Shown here: one piece after another, positions 30,417-41,337 of the stretch
Position numbering within the stretch: position 1 is the first letter of the stretch
Layout of the letters: every line of letters begins with the position of its first letter
DNA from: an uncultured Nitrospiraceae bacterium
Lineage (GTDB): Bacteria; Nitrospirota; Thermodesulfovibrionia; Thermodesulfovibrionales; Dissulfurispiraceae
NCBI GenBank assembly: GCA_963705105.1
Contig: CAVPIW010000006.1
Span: forward strand, 480,001 to 544,000
Direction of reading: 5' to 3'
DNA length: 64,000 nucleotides
Notes under the pieces: model-generated
The model's database searches: none
The model's input: the letters and a program-made list of their open reading frames with translations, nothing else
What the model was told of the DNA's origin: nothing
Made by a program: the position numbers and the translations under genes

Positions 30417-30451
30417 AGCGACCGCACCGGTCAACCCCGATGGGGCAGGTG

Positions 30452-30610
30452 TTACTCCTTCTCGAACATGTCCTTCGCTGCACCGCAGACAGGGCAGACC
30501 CATTCTTCGGCCAGCTTGTCGAAAGGCGTTCCGGCAGGGGCTCCGTTATCGGGATCACCGAACTCAGGATCATAGACATAACCGCAGATAGTGCATTTCC
30601 ACTTTTCCAT
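30452..30610 (-). CDS. Rubredoxin (52 aa; below the ORF-track cutoff)
   Basis: Hand translation [60 protein letters not shown]. Confidence 0.95.
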   Translation of the reverse strand: MEKWKCTICGYVYDPEFGDPDNGAPAGTPFDKLAEEWVCPVCGAAKDMFEKE

Positions 30611-30649
30611 TGCTCCTCCTTCTGATATATAAATTATAAATACAGGTTT

Positions 30650-31969
30650 TTAGTATACCACATTTTCCCCAGTCTCTTTGCCGGGTTCCGTCTTCTCCAT
30701 TTTGACCTTGGCGATCCGCTGACCGACCATCTCGACGACCCTCAAGGTCATGCTCTCCAGCTCGATGATGTCTCCCGTCTGCGGTATCTTCTGCATGTGG
30801 GTCAGGATAAACCCCCCGAGCGTTTCGTATTCCGTTGACTCGGGCAGCTCGACCTGGTGGTCGTCCCTCAGGTCCCGGATGCTGATGGAGGCGTCGATGA
30901 TGAGAGAACCATCGGCAAGCTGAATGACGGGGCTCTCGATGTCATATTCGTCCCGGATTTCGCCGACGATCTCCTCGAGCAGGTCTTCAAGGGTGACGAG
31001 CCCCGACACGCCGCCGTACTCATCGATCACGACGGCCATGTGCACCCTCTTCTTCTGCATCTCCCGGAGGAGGAGACTGATCTTGAGCGTCTCGGGCACA
31101 AAGAAGGGGGGCTTTATGATCTTCCGGACGTCGACGGTGCCGGTCCTCATGAGGACATTGTAGAAGTCTTTTGCAATGAGGACGCCCCGTACATCGTTGA
31201 TGTCCTTGCCGATAACGGGGTAGCGGGAGAACTTCTCCTCCGCAATGAGGGTGCGCACGTCGTCCACGGGCATGCCCACGCCGATCGTCACCATCTGAGG
31301 GGTGGGAATCATGACCTCACGAACGAAGGTGTCCGTGAACTCGAAGACACTGTGGATGAGCTCCTTCTCCTCCGGCTCGAACACACCCTGCTCTCCCCCC
31401 TCCTCGATGAGGAGCTTCACCTCCTCTTCCGATATGTACCCTCGCTCAGTGAAGGCTTTCCGTCCGAAGGGCTTCAGCAGGAGGTTCGTGCTCCCTGTCA
31501 GGAGACTGACGAAGAGGCCCGCGATCTTCGAGAAGCGCTCGATGATCGGGGCGGTGAAGAGGCCGATGCCCTCGGGATTCGAGAGGGCGAGGGATTTGGG
31601 GACCAGCTCCCCGAAGACGAGGGAGACGTAGGTGATAACGAGCACGACGGCGCCGATGGAAATCGCCTCGCTCCATGCCGACAGCCAGGGGATTCCCAGG
31701 GAAACGATGACCGGTTTGATCTCCTTGACTGCCGTTGCACCGCCGATGGCGGAGGCAAGAGCGCCCGCAAGGGTGACGCCGATCTGGATGGTGGCAAGAA
31801 ACCGGTCGGGCTCTTCGCGAAGACGATTCAGGATGATGGACGGGGTGTTGCCTTCATCGATGAGCTGCTTGATCCTCGATCTCCTCATCGAGACGACGGC
31901 AATTTCCGATGCGGCGAAGAACCCGTTGATAATGACGAAAAACGCTATCAGCGCAAAATCAATCCACAT
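30650..31969 (-). CDS. HlyC/CorC (CNNM-CBS) family transporter
   Basis: NGFFAASEIA, FGELVPKSLA, FSRYPV, VIDEYGGVSGLVTLEDLLEEIVGEI. Confidence 0.92.
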   Translation of the reverse strand: MWIDFALIAFFVIINGFFAASEIAVVSMRRSRIKQLIDEGNTPSIILNRLREEPDRFLATIQIGVTLAGALASAIGGATAVKEIKPVIVSLGIPWLSAWSEAISIGAVVLVITYVSLVFGELVPKSLALSNPEGIGLFTAPIIERFSKIAGLFVSLLTGSTNLLLKPFGRKAFTERGYISEEEVKLLIEEGGEQGVFEPEEKELIHSVFEFTDTFVREVMIPTPQMVTIGVGMPVDDVRTLIAEEKFSRYPVIGKDINDVRGVLIAKDFYNVLMRTGTVDVRKIIKPPFFVPETLKISLLLREMQKKRVHMAVVIDEYGGVSGLVTLEDLLEEIVGEIRDEYDIESPVIQLADGSLIIDASISIRDLRDDHQVELPESTEYETLGGFILTHMQKIPQTGDIIELESMTLRVVEMVGQRIAKVKMEKTEPGKETGENVVY

Positions 31970-32021
31970 TGACGGTGACAGGCACCCTCCTGATACGTCG
32001 AAAAGGCGTCATGGGGGAGCT

Positions 32022-32519
32022 CTATGTGCCCGCCTTCTTCTTCATGAACTCCCGGGCGATGGCGACCTTTCCGGTCCTGACGAATTCCTTGATGCCCATG
32101 GGCCTCATGAGTTCGATGAAGGCGGCGATCTTCTTGTCGTCTCCCGTTATCTCGATGGTGTACGTCGTCTGGCTTGAATCGACGATACGCCCCCGGAAGA
32201 TCTCCGCTATCCTGAGCACCTCGGCCTTGTTTTCCTTCTTGGGATTGACCTTGATCAGGATCATTTCGCGCTCGACGTGATCGATCTCGGTGAGGTCCAC
32301 GACCTTGATGACATCGATCAGCTTGTTGAGCTGCTTGGTGATCTGCTCCACGATCCAGTCGTCGCCGGTCGTGACGATCGTCATGACGGACATCTGGGGA
32401 TCGATGGTCTCCCCGACGGAGAGACTCTCGATATTGTAGCCGCGACCGCTGAAGAGACCTGCGACCCTCGACAGGACACCGAATTTGTTCTCCACAAGCA
32501 CTGAAATGGTATGTCGCAT
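32022..32519 (-). CDS. ilvN: Acetolactate synthase small subunit
   Basis: [31 protein letters not shown]. Confidence 0.96.
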   Translation of the reverse strand: MRHTISVLVENKFGVLSRVAGLFSGRGYNIESLSVGETIDPQMSVMTIVTTGDDWIVEQITKQLNKLIDVIKVVDLTEIDHVEREMILIKVNPKKENKAEVLRIAEIFRGRIVDSSQTTYTIEITGDDKKIAAFIELMRPMGIKEFVRTGKVAIAREFMKKKAGT

Positions 32520-32531
32520 CTCCGACCTCCT

Positions 32532-34265
32532 CTATTTCACGGCCTTCAGTTTCTTTTCGGCCTTCTTTTCCTTTTCCTCGAACATCATGTTGTCGATGGT
32601 CGCGCCTGCCGGGACCATGGGGAAGACCTTCTCCTTCCAGTCGACGACGAAATCGATGAATACGGGCTTCTTGATGCGGAAGGCCTCCTTCAGCACCGGC
32701 ACGACCTCGTCGGGTTTCGTCGCCCTCAGGCCGACGGCGCCGTATGCCTCGGCGACCTTCACGAAATCGGGCACCACGTCCAGGTTCGTATGGGAGTAAC
32801 GCTCGTTGTAGAAGAGCTCCTGCCACTGCCTCACCATGCCCAGGTAGCGGTTGTTGATGATGGCGACCTTGACGGGGAGCTTATAGATGACCGCCGTGGC
32901 AAGCTCCTGGATGTTCATCTGGATGCTCCCGTCACCGGCGATGTCGATGACCAGCTTGTCGGGATGGGCGAGCTGCGCGCCGAGGGCCGCCGGGAACCCG
33001 TAGCCCATGGTGCCGAGTCCTCCCGAAGACAGCCAGGTCCTCGGCTTGTCGTAATGGTAGAACTGGGCCGCCCACATCTGGTTCTGACCCACCTCAGTCG
33101 TGATGATGGCGTTTCCTTTCGTCAGCTCGTGGATCTTCTCGACGACGAACTGCGGCTTGATGACATCGCCGCTCTGCCTGTACGTCAGGGGCCTTTCCTT
33201 TCTCCATTCGGCGACCTGTTTCAGCCAGGCCTTTCTCACCTCGTCCCACTGCTCCTTGATCTCTTCCTTCAGGAATTTGTTCAGGACAAGGAGGACCCGT
33301 TTCACGTCGCCCACCACAGGCACGTCGACGCGCACATTCTTCCTGATCGACGTGGGGTCTATGTCTATGTGGACGATCTTCGCGTTCGGGGCGAAGCCCT
33401 CGATCTTCCCGGTGACGCGGTCGTCGAAGCGCATGCCGATGGCGACGAGAAGGTCTGAATTCTGCACGGCCCTGTTCGCATAGAAGGTGCCGTGCATGCC
33501 GAGCATGCCGAGGGCCAGCTCGTGGCTGCCGGGGAAACTGCCGAGCCCCATCATCGTCATAGTAACGGGGATCTGCGCAATCTCGGCGAGCTCACGCAGC
33601 TCCTCCGAGGCATCAGAGATGATGCAGCCTCCTCCCGCAATGATGACGGGCTTCTTCGCCTTGGCGATCTCGTGGGCCGCACGCTCGATCATCCACTTGT
33701 TCCCTTCGTACGTGGGATTGTAACTCCGGATAGAAATCTTCTCGGGCCAGGTGAAATCCGTCTTCATGGAGGTCACGTCTTTCGGAAGGTCTATCAGCAC
33801 CGGCCCGGGCCTGCCCGTGGAGGCGATATGGAAGGCTTCGCGGATCTGCCTCGCCAGGTCCTTGACGTCCTTGGCGAGGATGTTGTATTTCGTGCAGGGC
33901 CTCGTAATCCCCACGATGTCCGCCTCCTGGAAAGCGTCGTTGCCGATCAGCGCCGTCGGCACCTGGCCGGAGAGCACGACCAGGGGAATCGAGTCCATGG
34001 AGGCCGTCGCTATGCCCGTGACGGTGTTCGTTGCGCCGGGGCCGGATGTGACGAGGGCGACACCCGGTTTGCCTGATGCCCGCGCGTACCCGTCGGCGGC
34101 ATGAATGGCGCCCTGCTCGTGACGCGTCAGGATGAGCTTTATATCCTTGTCATCGTACAGCAGATCAAAAATATTCAGGATGACCCCGCCGGGATACCCG
34201 AAGATATACTTCACGCCCTCTCTCTTAAGGCACTCAACAACGATCTCCGCCCCTGTCATCTTCAT
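32532..34265 (-). CDS. ilvB: Acetolactate synthase large subunit
   Basis: [31 protein letters not shown] motif. Confidence 0.97.
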   Translation of the reverse strand: MKMTGAEIVVECLKREGVKYIFGYPGGVILNIFDLLYDDKDIKLILTRHEQGAIHAADGYARASGKPGVALVTSGPGATNTVTGIATASMDSIPLVVLSGQVPTALIGNDAFQEADIVGITRPCTKYNILAKDVKDLARQIREAFHIASTGRPGPVLIDLPKDVTSMKTDFTWPEKISIRSYNPTYEGNKWMIERAAHEIAKAKKPVIIAGGGCIISDASEELRELAEIAQIPVTMTMMGLGSFPGSHELALGMLGMHGTFYANRAVQNSDLLVAIGMRFDDRVTGKIEGFAPNAKIVHIDIDPTSIRKNVRVDVPVVGDVKRVLLVLNKFLKEEIKEQWDEVRKAWLKQVAEWRKERPLTYRQSGDVIKPQFVVEKIHELTKGNAIITTEVGQNQMWAAQFYHYDKPRTWLSSGGLGTMGYGFPAALGAQLAHPDKLVIDIAGDGSIQMNIQELATAVIYKLPVKVAIINNRYLGMVRQWQELFYNERYSHTNLDVVPDFVKVAEAYGAVGLRATKPDEVVPVLKEAFRIKKPVFIDFVVDWKEKVFPMVPAGATIDNMMFEEKEKKAEKKLKAVK

Positions 34266-34596
34266 AATGTCAACACCTCGCTTGTGAACTGATTTCTTTT
34301 TTGAACCTATAAGTTATCATATTTTCAATTGTCTTTTCCAGAAAAACGGGGACAGGGGGAGGACAGGAAGAGGGCCGGAGGCGTACAAAGCATCCATATG
34401 TCTATTGCTCTTCTTTCCTGACAAGCCTGTATGTTTCCTCATAGATCCGCTCACGCGGACCGATCGCCACAATGTCAATCGCTCTCGACGAAACGCGGCA
34501 GATGATCCGGAAACGGCTCACACTGAAGCTCCTTAGTCCGGCGAGTTCATCCTTCAGGGCCTTGCCCGACGCCGGCTCAGGAAGGAAGGACGGCGC

Positions 34597-34935
34597 TCAG
34601 GGCTCCCTTTTTTCGAGACCCTTGAGCACGACGGCGTCGCTGACCTCCACGAGCCCCTTTTGGACGATCCTCAGGAGTTCAGGCAGAACGGAGGCGATCA
34701 TTTCTTCGGTGTCGATGACGACGATCATGAGGGGCAGGGATGAGGAGAGGTCGACGATCTTCGCAGTGTGAAAGACCCTGTCTCCCCCGTAGCCGGCTAC
34801 TCCCCTGAAAACGCTCACGCCGGCGACCCGCTTTTCATAGAGGAGATCGGTCAGGACCCTGTAGACCGGCCTGCCTTGCCAGGAATCGCCCTCATCGACA
34901 AGAACGGTGAGCCTCTTCGCCGCTTTTCCTTCCAT
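34597..34935 (-). CDS. DUF190 (PII-like) protein
   Basis: DEGDSWQGRPVY...AGVSVFRGVAGYG...LSSSLP; typical crcB neighbour. Confidence 0.88.
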   Translation of the reverse strand: MEGKAAKRLTVLVDEGDSWQGRPVYRVLTDLLYEKRVAGVSVFRGVAGYGGDRVFHTAKIVDLSSSLPLMIVVIDTEEMIASVLPELLRIVQKGLVEVSDAVVLKGLEKREP

Positions 34936-34946
34936 TGTGAACTCCT

Positions 34947-35321
34947 TTATAATGACCTCGCGATGGCCTCACCCATTTTTAAGGCGGCGAAACCGACGAT
35001 TACGCTCGACAGGACGTACAACAGGGCGGTCATCCAGTCACCGTCGGCGATCAGGCCCCCTGTCTCGTACTCGAAGGCTGAAAAGGTCGTATAGGCGCCG
35101 AGAAAGCCGACGACGAGGAAGAGCCTCCAGAGCGGATTCACCATGAGCTTCTCCATCAGCAGGGGCATGAGAAGGCCGATGAGCAGGCTCCCGGTGATAT
35201 TGACGATGAATGTGCCGAGGGGAAAATTCTTCCCCCACCTCTGGCCGACATAATAGCCGACGGAATACCGGGCGATGGCGCCCAGAAATCCCCCGAGACC
35301 GATGATGATGAATTTGGTCAC
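34947..35321 (-). CDS. crcB: Fluoride efflux channel Fluc
   Basis: GGFLGAIARY, FPLGTFIVN, GFLGAYTTFSAF. Confidence 0.95.
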   Translation of the reverse strand: MTKFIIIGLGGFLGAIARYSVGYYVGQRWGKNFPLGTFIVNITGSLLIGLLMPLLMEKLMVNPLWRLFLVVGFLGAYTTFSAFEYETGGLIADGDWMTALLYVLSSVIVGFAALKMGEAIARSL

Positions 35322-35338
35322 AATGATAGTATAAATGA

Positions 35339-35366
35339 TTCTCCCATCCCGGGCGGGATGGGAGAA
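35339..35366. terminator. Perfect hairpin downstream of the USP gene
   Basis: TTCTCCCATCCC-gggc-GGGATGGGAGAA. Confidence 0.6.
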
Positions 35367-35395
35367 CTCCGTCGAACGGACTACCGGGACGACCT

Positions 35396-35821
35396 TTACT
35401 TGACGATTGTTACCGTGCAGGGAGCCTTCGCCGCAACCTTTGTGGAGACCGAGCCGATCATGTATTCGTCGATGCCCGACTTGCCCCTCTGTCCCAGAAT
35501 GATCATGTCGATCGCGTTTTTCATCGCAAAGCTGATCAACTGGTCAGCCACATAGCCTTCGCCGATCGCCGTCCTGATCCCGATGCCCTGTGCTTTTGCC
35601 TTCTCCGCGAGATCCTTGAAGAGTCCCTCGAACCGCTGCTTCTCGGAGTTTACGATGGCGCCGATATCGATGTCGACAAGCTCCGACGGGGCATACGCAA
35701 CCGCCATGACGGTGATGTCGAGCGCTGCCCCGGAAGTCATCTTCGCCAGGTCGAGGGCGAAATCGAACGCCCTGCCGGCATTGTCCGATCCATCATAGGC
35801 CACACAGATCTTCTTGAACAT
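35396..35821 (-). CDS. Universal stress protein
   Basis: FKKICVAYDGS...DMIILGQRG...IGSVSTKV...PCTVTIVK. Confidence 0.92.
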   Translation of the reverse strand: MFKKICVAYDGSDNAGRAFDFALDLAKMTSGAALDITVMAVAYAPSELVDIDIGAIVNSEKQRFEGLFKDLAEKAKAQGIGIRTAIGEGYVADQLISFAMKNAIDMIILGQRGKSGIDEYMIGSVSTKVAAKAPCTVTIVK

Positions 35822-35999
35822 ATTGTCCTCCTCCTGCTTTCCCTGTGTTGGTTACTCCGTCGCCCTCAGAAGAGTCCTGAGGGCACCGCTCAACATCCTT
35901 TTTGTACGATCCACGTCCTATGAATGCAAAGAAATTCAGGAACCGTCCCGTGTAACCGCAAGGAAACCGAAGAATCAAGAAAATCGTCCCTTTTTTAAC

Positions 36000-36380
36000 C
36001 TAAACATACCAAAGAAATGGCTGTCTGTCAACATAAAACTGTCTTGCTCGGCCGGGCGTTGATTGACTCGCCCTCGAGCTGTCCGCCTGCCGGGTTGTCT
36101 GAACTTCAGACTGGCCGAGCCAGTAACACGCTAATGGGGCCGGAATCTTGAGAAGCTTTGTATGCGCTGGAGAATCATCCATAGAGATTACAGAGAAATC
36201 GCTTAAGTCCCGGGTAATCACATATCCCCGGGAGACCTTTTTCTGAACGCAAAACGTCGCCATACCCTTGAGCTCACCCAATCCTGTCTTCTGACTCCGG
36301 TACTTGACCTCAAAGGGCACGAGCCTGCCCTGCATATCCGCAACGATATCGACCTCTTCATGCTTGCCGCTGCGCTCAAG
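36000..36380 (-). pseudogene. C-terminal DUF4143 fragment of an AAA ATPase
   Basis: EVDIVA...VPFEVKY nuclease-like tail; the ATPase part is missing and array 1 abuts it directly. Confidence 0.7.
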
Positions 36381-37751
36381 GTCGCAATCCCTTCTAATTG
36401 AGGTCTTTTTTCCTACGAGTTCAGGGAGGTGGGAACAATGGGGAGTGGGTCGCAATCCCTTCTAATTGAGGTCTTTTTTCCTACTTCGGCTAAAGGGTGA
36501 ATTCAAGACGGCGTCAGTGTCGCAATCCCTTCTAATTGAGGTCTTTTTTCCTACGCGAGGATCGCCCTCGGACTGCCGGTCTAGCACGTAACGTCGCAAT
36601 CCCTTCTAATTGAGGTCTTTTTTCCTACGTATCGTCCGCGACAACTGAAGCTCGATATTTTAGTCGCAATCCCTTCTAATTGAGGTCTTTTTTCCTACGA
36701 TTAAACTCGCCATATCAACCCTCGATGATCGTCGCAATCCCTTCTAATTGAGGTCTTTTTTCCTACTTGGCAACTGGGGATAAATTGCCCGTTGCAAAAT
36801 GTGTCGCAATCCCTTCTAATTGAGGTCTTTTTTCCTACGGCTTTCCACGATAGTAACAGCCCTGGCAATTATGTCGCAATCCCTTCTAATTGAGGTCTTT
36901 TTTCCTACGATAAGAGGAGGGAGAAATGACAAAAATAGTTATGTCGCAATCCCTTCTAATTGAGGTCTTTTTTCCTACCGATATCTTAGCTGATAACCGG
37001 CAAAGGGGGAAGTCGCAATCCCTTCTAATTGAGGTCTTTTTTCCTACAAGTATGACACTGCGGACGCTATGATATCGGGTCGCAATCCCTTCTAATTGAG
37101 GTCTTTTTTCCTACGTTGATTTTGAATCATACCGAGCAAAATATCCCTCGTCGCAATCCCTTCTAATTGAGGTCTTTTTTCCTACTTCACCTGATTATGT
37201 CTGTCGGTGCAATGATCCTGTCGCAATCCCTTCTAATTGAGGTCTTTTTTCCTACCCGAATATGCAAAGTATCTCAAATGGCACCTATGCTCGTCGCAAT
37301 CCCTTCTAATTGAGGTCTTTTTTCCTACAATTACTTCAGCATGACCTTAGATGTGTACGACGAGTCGCAATCCCTTCTAATTGAGGTCTTTTTTCCTACC
37401 ACAGGGATTAACGGAGAGCCGGTTCCGGCTGAAGTAGTCGCAATCCCTTCTAATTGAGGTCTTTTTTCCTACAGGGAATTATCCCATGGTTGCAGTACGC
37501 GGCGCTGTCGCAATCCCTTCTAATTGAGGTCTTTTTTCCTACCCCAAAGTGTTTCCATTTGGAAACACATTCCCAGTCGCAATCCCTTCTAATTGAGGTC
37601 TTTTTTCCTACGGTCATACCGTCGAATATACTTCACACAGGGAGTCGCAATCCCTTCTAATTGAGGTCTTTTTTCCTACCGCTCTCCCCTACAGAGAAGC
37701 TGTTCGCAGAGTTGGGTCGCAATCCCTTCTAATTGAGGTCTTTTTTCCTAC
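36381..37751 (-). CRISPR. CRISPR array 1: 20 identical 36-bp repeats, 19 spacers
   Basis: Repeat (minus) GTAGGAAAAAAGACCTCAATTAGAAGGGATTGCGAC; leader on the right; 3' end ATTGCGAC handle. Confidence 0.99.
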
Positions 37752-37870
37752 CGTCCCCCCCTATTTTTCGGAGGAGAATCAATAGGTTGTAGCGGGTCTT
37801 TTGCAGACTTCGCCGCTCTCGGCGACTTACTGAAGAAACGTTTCAGAAACATTTCAGCGTTATCAAAGAA
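37752..37870 (-). promoter_or_regulatory. Leader of array 1 with an IHF-like site (37777-37789) and palindromic operator (37835-37855)
   Basis: AATCAATAGGTTG matches WATCAANNNNTTR; GAAACGTTTC-A-GAAACATTTC; colinear with leader 2. Confidence 0.7.
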
Positions 37871-37940
37871 CAACACGACATCTGAACCGGCGCCGGCAAG
37901 AAATCCAGCGCAACAGACGTATGATTGAAAGTATATCACA

Positions 37941-38882
37941 TCATTCCTCAACCACCGAGTATCTCCCCAACCCGAAACTGGTGCCCTTTCCGACATGCAG
38001 CACCTCGCCGGCCTTCAAAAAGGGCAAGAATGGTCCCAGGTTCCCGGAGTACCGGATTTCTCCCACGAGGCCGCCCATTTTCATGCGCACGCCCTGGCGG
38101 GTCGAATATCTCTCCCAGTCATGCCACCGGAGAGCATTGTCGGCAGTCTCAACCTTCTCGGCTTCTCTGATTATACGTTTATGATCCCATGAGGGGGGCC
38201 TTCTGTCGCCGTGGAAATAGGACAACAGGCAGATCCTCCTCAGCAGGCTTCTCATGAGGATATGAAACCGGCAATCCACGACAAGGTCTCTCTGGTGCGC
38301 GATCCTCACCGGAGTGAGGAACCTGAGCGTCACCGAACGGTCTCCCGTCGCCGAAAAATCCTGCTCGTCGGGAAGAAAGAGTTCCTCGTGATCTGTCGCC
38401 ATGATGACCTGATCCAGCGAGGTATAAACAGTTTTGTCGTTCTGACGGACTTCGACAAGAGAGAATCGTCCCCTGCCCCTACCGATACCGCTCTTGCCGA
38501 GCTCATGAAAGGTATAGACGAAATAGGGGACATGGTCTTTCGCCCTCCCGATAAGGGTCAGCCCGAATGCGAGGGTATCACCGGGCCGGCAGACGCGGCC
38601 GGTCTCCATCGGCGGCTCTATGATAAAGGGGTGCGGGACCGCTTCGTATTTCCTCATGTTCATGATTGCCGCGTCCGCGCCGGGCGATGTCTCGAAGATA
38701 TAGGCGTAGATGCAGCTTGTCCGCAGGAGGCATTCCCTGCACTCTTTCTGCCTCAGGGCACAGACGACCCGCTTGAAGGCGACGCCGAAGCCGCCCCTGA
38801 GCGTCGAGCCCTTGTAATCCGGCAGAACGATCGTATCGACGGCTTCAATGACAAAGGTGAGTTTCCGGTATTCGATCTTCAT
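37941..38882 (-). CDS. cas6: CRISPR precursor-processing endoribonuclease Cas6
   Basis: GSTLRGGFG, CX6CX2CX5C cluster, PHPF, C-terminal HVGKGTSFGLG loop. Confidence 0.93.
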   Translation of the reverse strand: MKIEYRKLTFVIEAVDTIVLPDYKGSTLRGGFGVAFKRVVCALRQKECRECLLRTSCIYAYIFETSPGADAAIMNMRKYEAVPHPFIIEPPMETGRVCRPGDTLAFGLTLIGRAKDHVPYFVYTFHELGKSGIGRGRGRFSLVEVRQNDKTVYTSLDQVIMATDHEELFLPDEQDFSATGDRSVTLRFLTPVRIAHQRDLVVDCRFHILMRSLLRRICLLSYFHGDRRPPSWDHKRIIREAEKVETADNALRWHDWERYSTRQGVRMKMGGLVGEIRYSGNLGPFLPFLKAGEVLHVGKGTSFGLGRYSVVEE

Positions 38883-39157
38883 GACAAAAACACGTTCACT
38901 CCTTCCGGTATTCTGTCGCCGCATCCGATGACGACGACCTTCAGCTCCGACGGCAGAGGGTAAATCCTCACGTCATCCTCCCTCTTTTCGATCAATCTGT
39001 GCAGGCGGTCCTTCAATTGTAGCAGTTCCTGCCATGTCAACCGGCAATAGAAGACGGAATACTGTATGTGCAGGCCCTGGCGTTTCAGACACCTGAAGAC
39101 CCGCGCGAGACGTCTCTCGTCGCTGATATCGTAACAGATCAGGTAATTCGCTTTCAT
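38879..39157 (-). CDS. cas2: Cas2
   Basis: YLICYDISDERRL...IQYSVF...EDDVRIYPL. Confidence 0.95.
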   Translation of the reverse strand: MKANYLICYDISDERRLARVFRCLKRQGLHIQYSVFYCRLTWQELLQLKDRLHRLIEKREDDVRIYPLPSELKVVVIGCGDRIPEGVNVFLS

Positions 39158-39975
39158 AGACGCAGCTCCCGCGCAAGTTCGAAAAAGCCGTCCACGACCG
39201 TCTCGGTCCTCTCCCGCACAGCCTTGGCCCTGTTTTCAAAGCGATGGATAATGTCGCGCAGCCCCGTCTTTGTCACAATCCACCCCCCTCTTTCCCTGCT
39301 CATGCGCGCCTGCGTCCCGTCGGCCCGCAGGAACTGCTGGGTCTGCGTGTCGATCTCCGCGTCCAGGGCGTGGCAAAGGTCGAGGGCAAAGCCGAAGTGG
39401 TCTCTCCTGTGGACGATGCCCAGATGGGGATCGAGACCGGCCTTCAGGATGACGCCGATGACCAGCTCCCGGAAGAGGTTCGCGACAACATCCCTCGCCG
39501 CAGTCCATGTCTCATCGCCGGCGGGGGCGAACCTCCCAAGGATTTTCCTGTAGTCTTTCTCCCGGAATCCTTCCCTTTCCCAGGACTCCACGACATTTCC
39601 GGCAATCCTCTTCAGGCAATCAAGCTGTGTCATCTGTCTGTGCGCCGACAGGAATGTCCTATACCGCCCGACGGCGGCTTCCGAAGAGAGAAAGGCCCTC
39701 TGTTTGTCATGATGGCGGGGAAACCGGTCCGCACAGGGCAATGACACGGCGGACGCCTCGCCCCGTCTGTTCATGAACGTCACGGGGATGCCCCGTGCTG
39801 CAAACAGGGTGATGACTCCCGCGTCCATGCGCACATTGCCGATGACGACGACCCTGCCGATGAGGCGGGCGGGGACCCTTGTCCCTGCTTTGCCTTCCTG
39901 GGTCACCCACAGGGACGGCCCGTCCCTTGTGACCACCAAACCCCTGTTTTCGGTGAGATAGAGTGTTCTGTCCAT
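39154..39975 (-). CDS. cas1: Degenerate Cas1-like protein
   Basis: Cas1 N-terminal beta domain and GLDPHLGIVH...ALDL are retained; the RGLEG and RRPPxDPxNAxLS motifs are absent. Confidence 0.75.
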   Translation of the reverse strand: MDRTLYLTENRGLVVTRDGPSLWVTQEGKAGTRVPARLIGRVVVIGNVRMDAGVITLFAARGIPVTFMNRRGEASAVSLPCADRFPRHHDKQRAFLSSEAAVGRYRTFLSAHRQMTQLDCLKRIAGNVVESWEREGFREKDYRKILGRFAPAGDETWTAARDVVANLFRELVIGVILKAGLDPHLGIVHRRDHFGFALDLCHALDAEIDTQTQQFLRADGTQARMSRERGGWIVTKTGLRDIIHRFENRAKAVRERTETVVDGFFELARELRL

Positions 39976-39990
39976 GGCAACCTCTGTTGA

Positions 39991-40049
39991 TTCAATGTTC
40001 AACGTTCAATGTTCAAACTGGCTTTTGAACGTTGACTCTTGAAGTTGAA
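39991..40049. repeat. Heptamer (TTCAAYG) tandem repeats in inverted arrangement
   Basis: ttcaatg-ttcaacg-ttcaatg-ttcaaa ... ttgaacg-ttgactc-ttgaag-ttgaa. Confidence 0.7.
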
Positions 40050-40066
40050 TTCTTTTCAAAGCCTGG

Positions 40067-41008
40067 TCATTGTCCCATGATCCGCCGGGCCAGGTCCCGT
40101 GCCGTTTCTGCAAAGCGGGGCCTCATCTCCTGTGCCCATTCCTCGTAGACGGGGTAAAATCTCTTCCTGCTCTCCTTTTTCAGGTAGCAGCCGGGCCTCT
40201 CGTTGTCTGAGGAGAAATCCCTGTCCGTGAATTGCCGCTCCCTGAAGACGGTCCAGACAAGCCGGTCCACACTGGGCCTGCAGTCCTCGACGAGATCGCA
40301 GGCGAGAGATTCCCTGCCGTAGTCGAACTGATGGTAAAAGCCGATCGTCGGGTCCAGGCCGATCACCTCGATCTCCCGCACCATCTCGAAGTGCAGGAGC
40401 GTATAACAGAGCGACAGGAGAGCGTTGACAGGGTCTCCCGGCGGCCTCCGGTTGCGACGCTTAAAATTCAGCGAGTCCGGAAAGAGCCGCACATAGACGG
40501 AAAAGTATGCCGACGACGCGCCCCCTTCGAGGCCCCTGACGCTGTCGATCGGGAGTGCCGGGTCAATGAGTTTGCCCATTGTTTTCTCCATGACGTCCAG
40601 GACCGGCCGCAGATAGACACCCAGCTCCGGTTTCGCATCGAGGGCTTCCCGCAGCAGATCCGACTGCGCCGAGAGCTTCGAGGTGACGATGCGGGCGGAA
40701 AAGTCACGGGGAAAGGGGCCGAGCGATTTTTCGTACTGCTTCAGCCTGAGGAGCCCGTTCTGATGGAGCCTGCCGTGCAGCATGCCGCAGAACCGTGTCC
40801 GTCTTCCCGAGAGGAATATCACCGATATGTCGGACTCCGCCAGCTTGCGCAGGACGGCCGCCTCGAGCGTGACATTGCCGACGACGATGACGCGCTTCAG
40901 CGGGTTGATCGGCACGATGCCCTCCTTGTTCCCGTTCAAGAAGAAGCCCAGGGCGTTGCCGTCGAGCTTGACGAGCATCTCCTTTCTGTCCAGATAGAGC
41001 GTTCCCAT
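40067..41008 (-). CDS. cas1: Cas1 integrase
   Basis: RGLEG, RNRRPPGDPVNALLSLCY, GFYH, SLACDLVE catalytic motifs intact. Confidence 0.96.
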   Translation of the reverse strand: MGTLYLDRKEMLVKLDGNALGFFLNGNKEGIVPINPLKRVIVVGNVTLEAAVLRKLAESDISVIFLSGRRTRFCGMLHGRLHQNGLLRLKQYEKSLGPFPRDFSARIVTSKLSAQSDLLREALDAKPELGVYLRPVLDVMEKTMGKLIDPALPIDSVRGLEGGASSAYFSVYVRLFPDSLNFKRRNRRPPGDPVNALLSLCYTLLHFEMVREIEVIGLDPTIGFYHQFDYGRESLACDLVEDCRPSVDRLVWTVFRERQFTDRDFSSDNERPGCYLKKESRKRFYPVYEEWAQEMRPRFAETARDLARRIMGQ

Positions 41009-41055
41009 CTCCGTCACCTCCAGTCAGTGGCGTTCAAAATATTCCAAATCAAGGC

Positions 41056-41337
41056 CTATCCCACATAGAAATAGGCAGGGTCCTTCGGCTGGGCGGCGAT
41101 GCCGAGAACATGCGTCCTGCTCCTGCCGTCGAGGCTGAAGATGTGCACCCTGTCCTCATCGTGGACGATCAGCCTGCCGAGTTTGCTCGAAACGAACTTC
41201 AGCTCGCCGTCCGTCAGGAAGCACTCGTAGACGGACTTCTGCCCGCCCGTGCTGTACCCCTTGAGAAAGCGGCGCACGGCATTCAGCCTGTAAGGCTCCC
41301 TGATGTCATAGGCGATGAGATACAGCGATCGTTCCAT
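41056..41337 (-). CDS. cas2: Cas2
   Basis: YLIAYDI...GGQKSVYEC...EDRV. Confidence 0.95.
   Translation of the reverse strand: MERSLYLIAYDIREPYRLNAVRRFLKGYSTGGQKSVYECFLTDGELKFVSSKLGRLIVHDEDRVHIFSLDGRSRTHVLGIAAQPKDPAYFYVG

Noticed and set aside
35322..35395. Fluoride riboswitch upstream of crcB
   Set aside because: No recognisable crcB aptamer; only a terminator-like hairpin and a -10 box directly before the GTG.
36909..36942. Spacer resembling the dapB start region (28590-28620), possible self-targeting
   Set aside because: The similarity is limited to a generic SD plus MTKIV codons with many mismatches.
37454..37660. ORFs within the CRISPR arrays (also 42641-43069, 43556-43762 and the 5' part of 36000-36455)
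   Set aside because: Translations of repeats and spacers.
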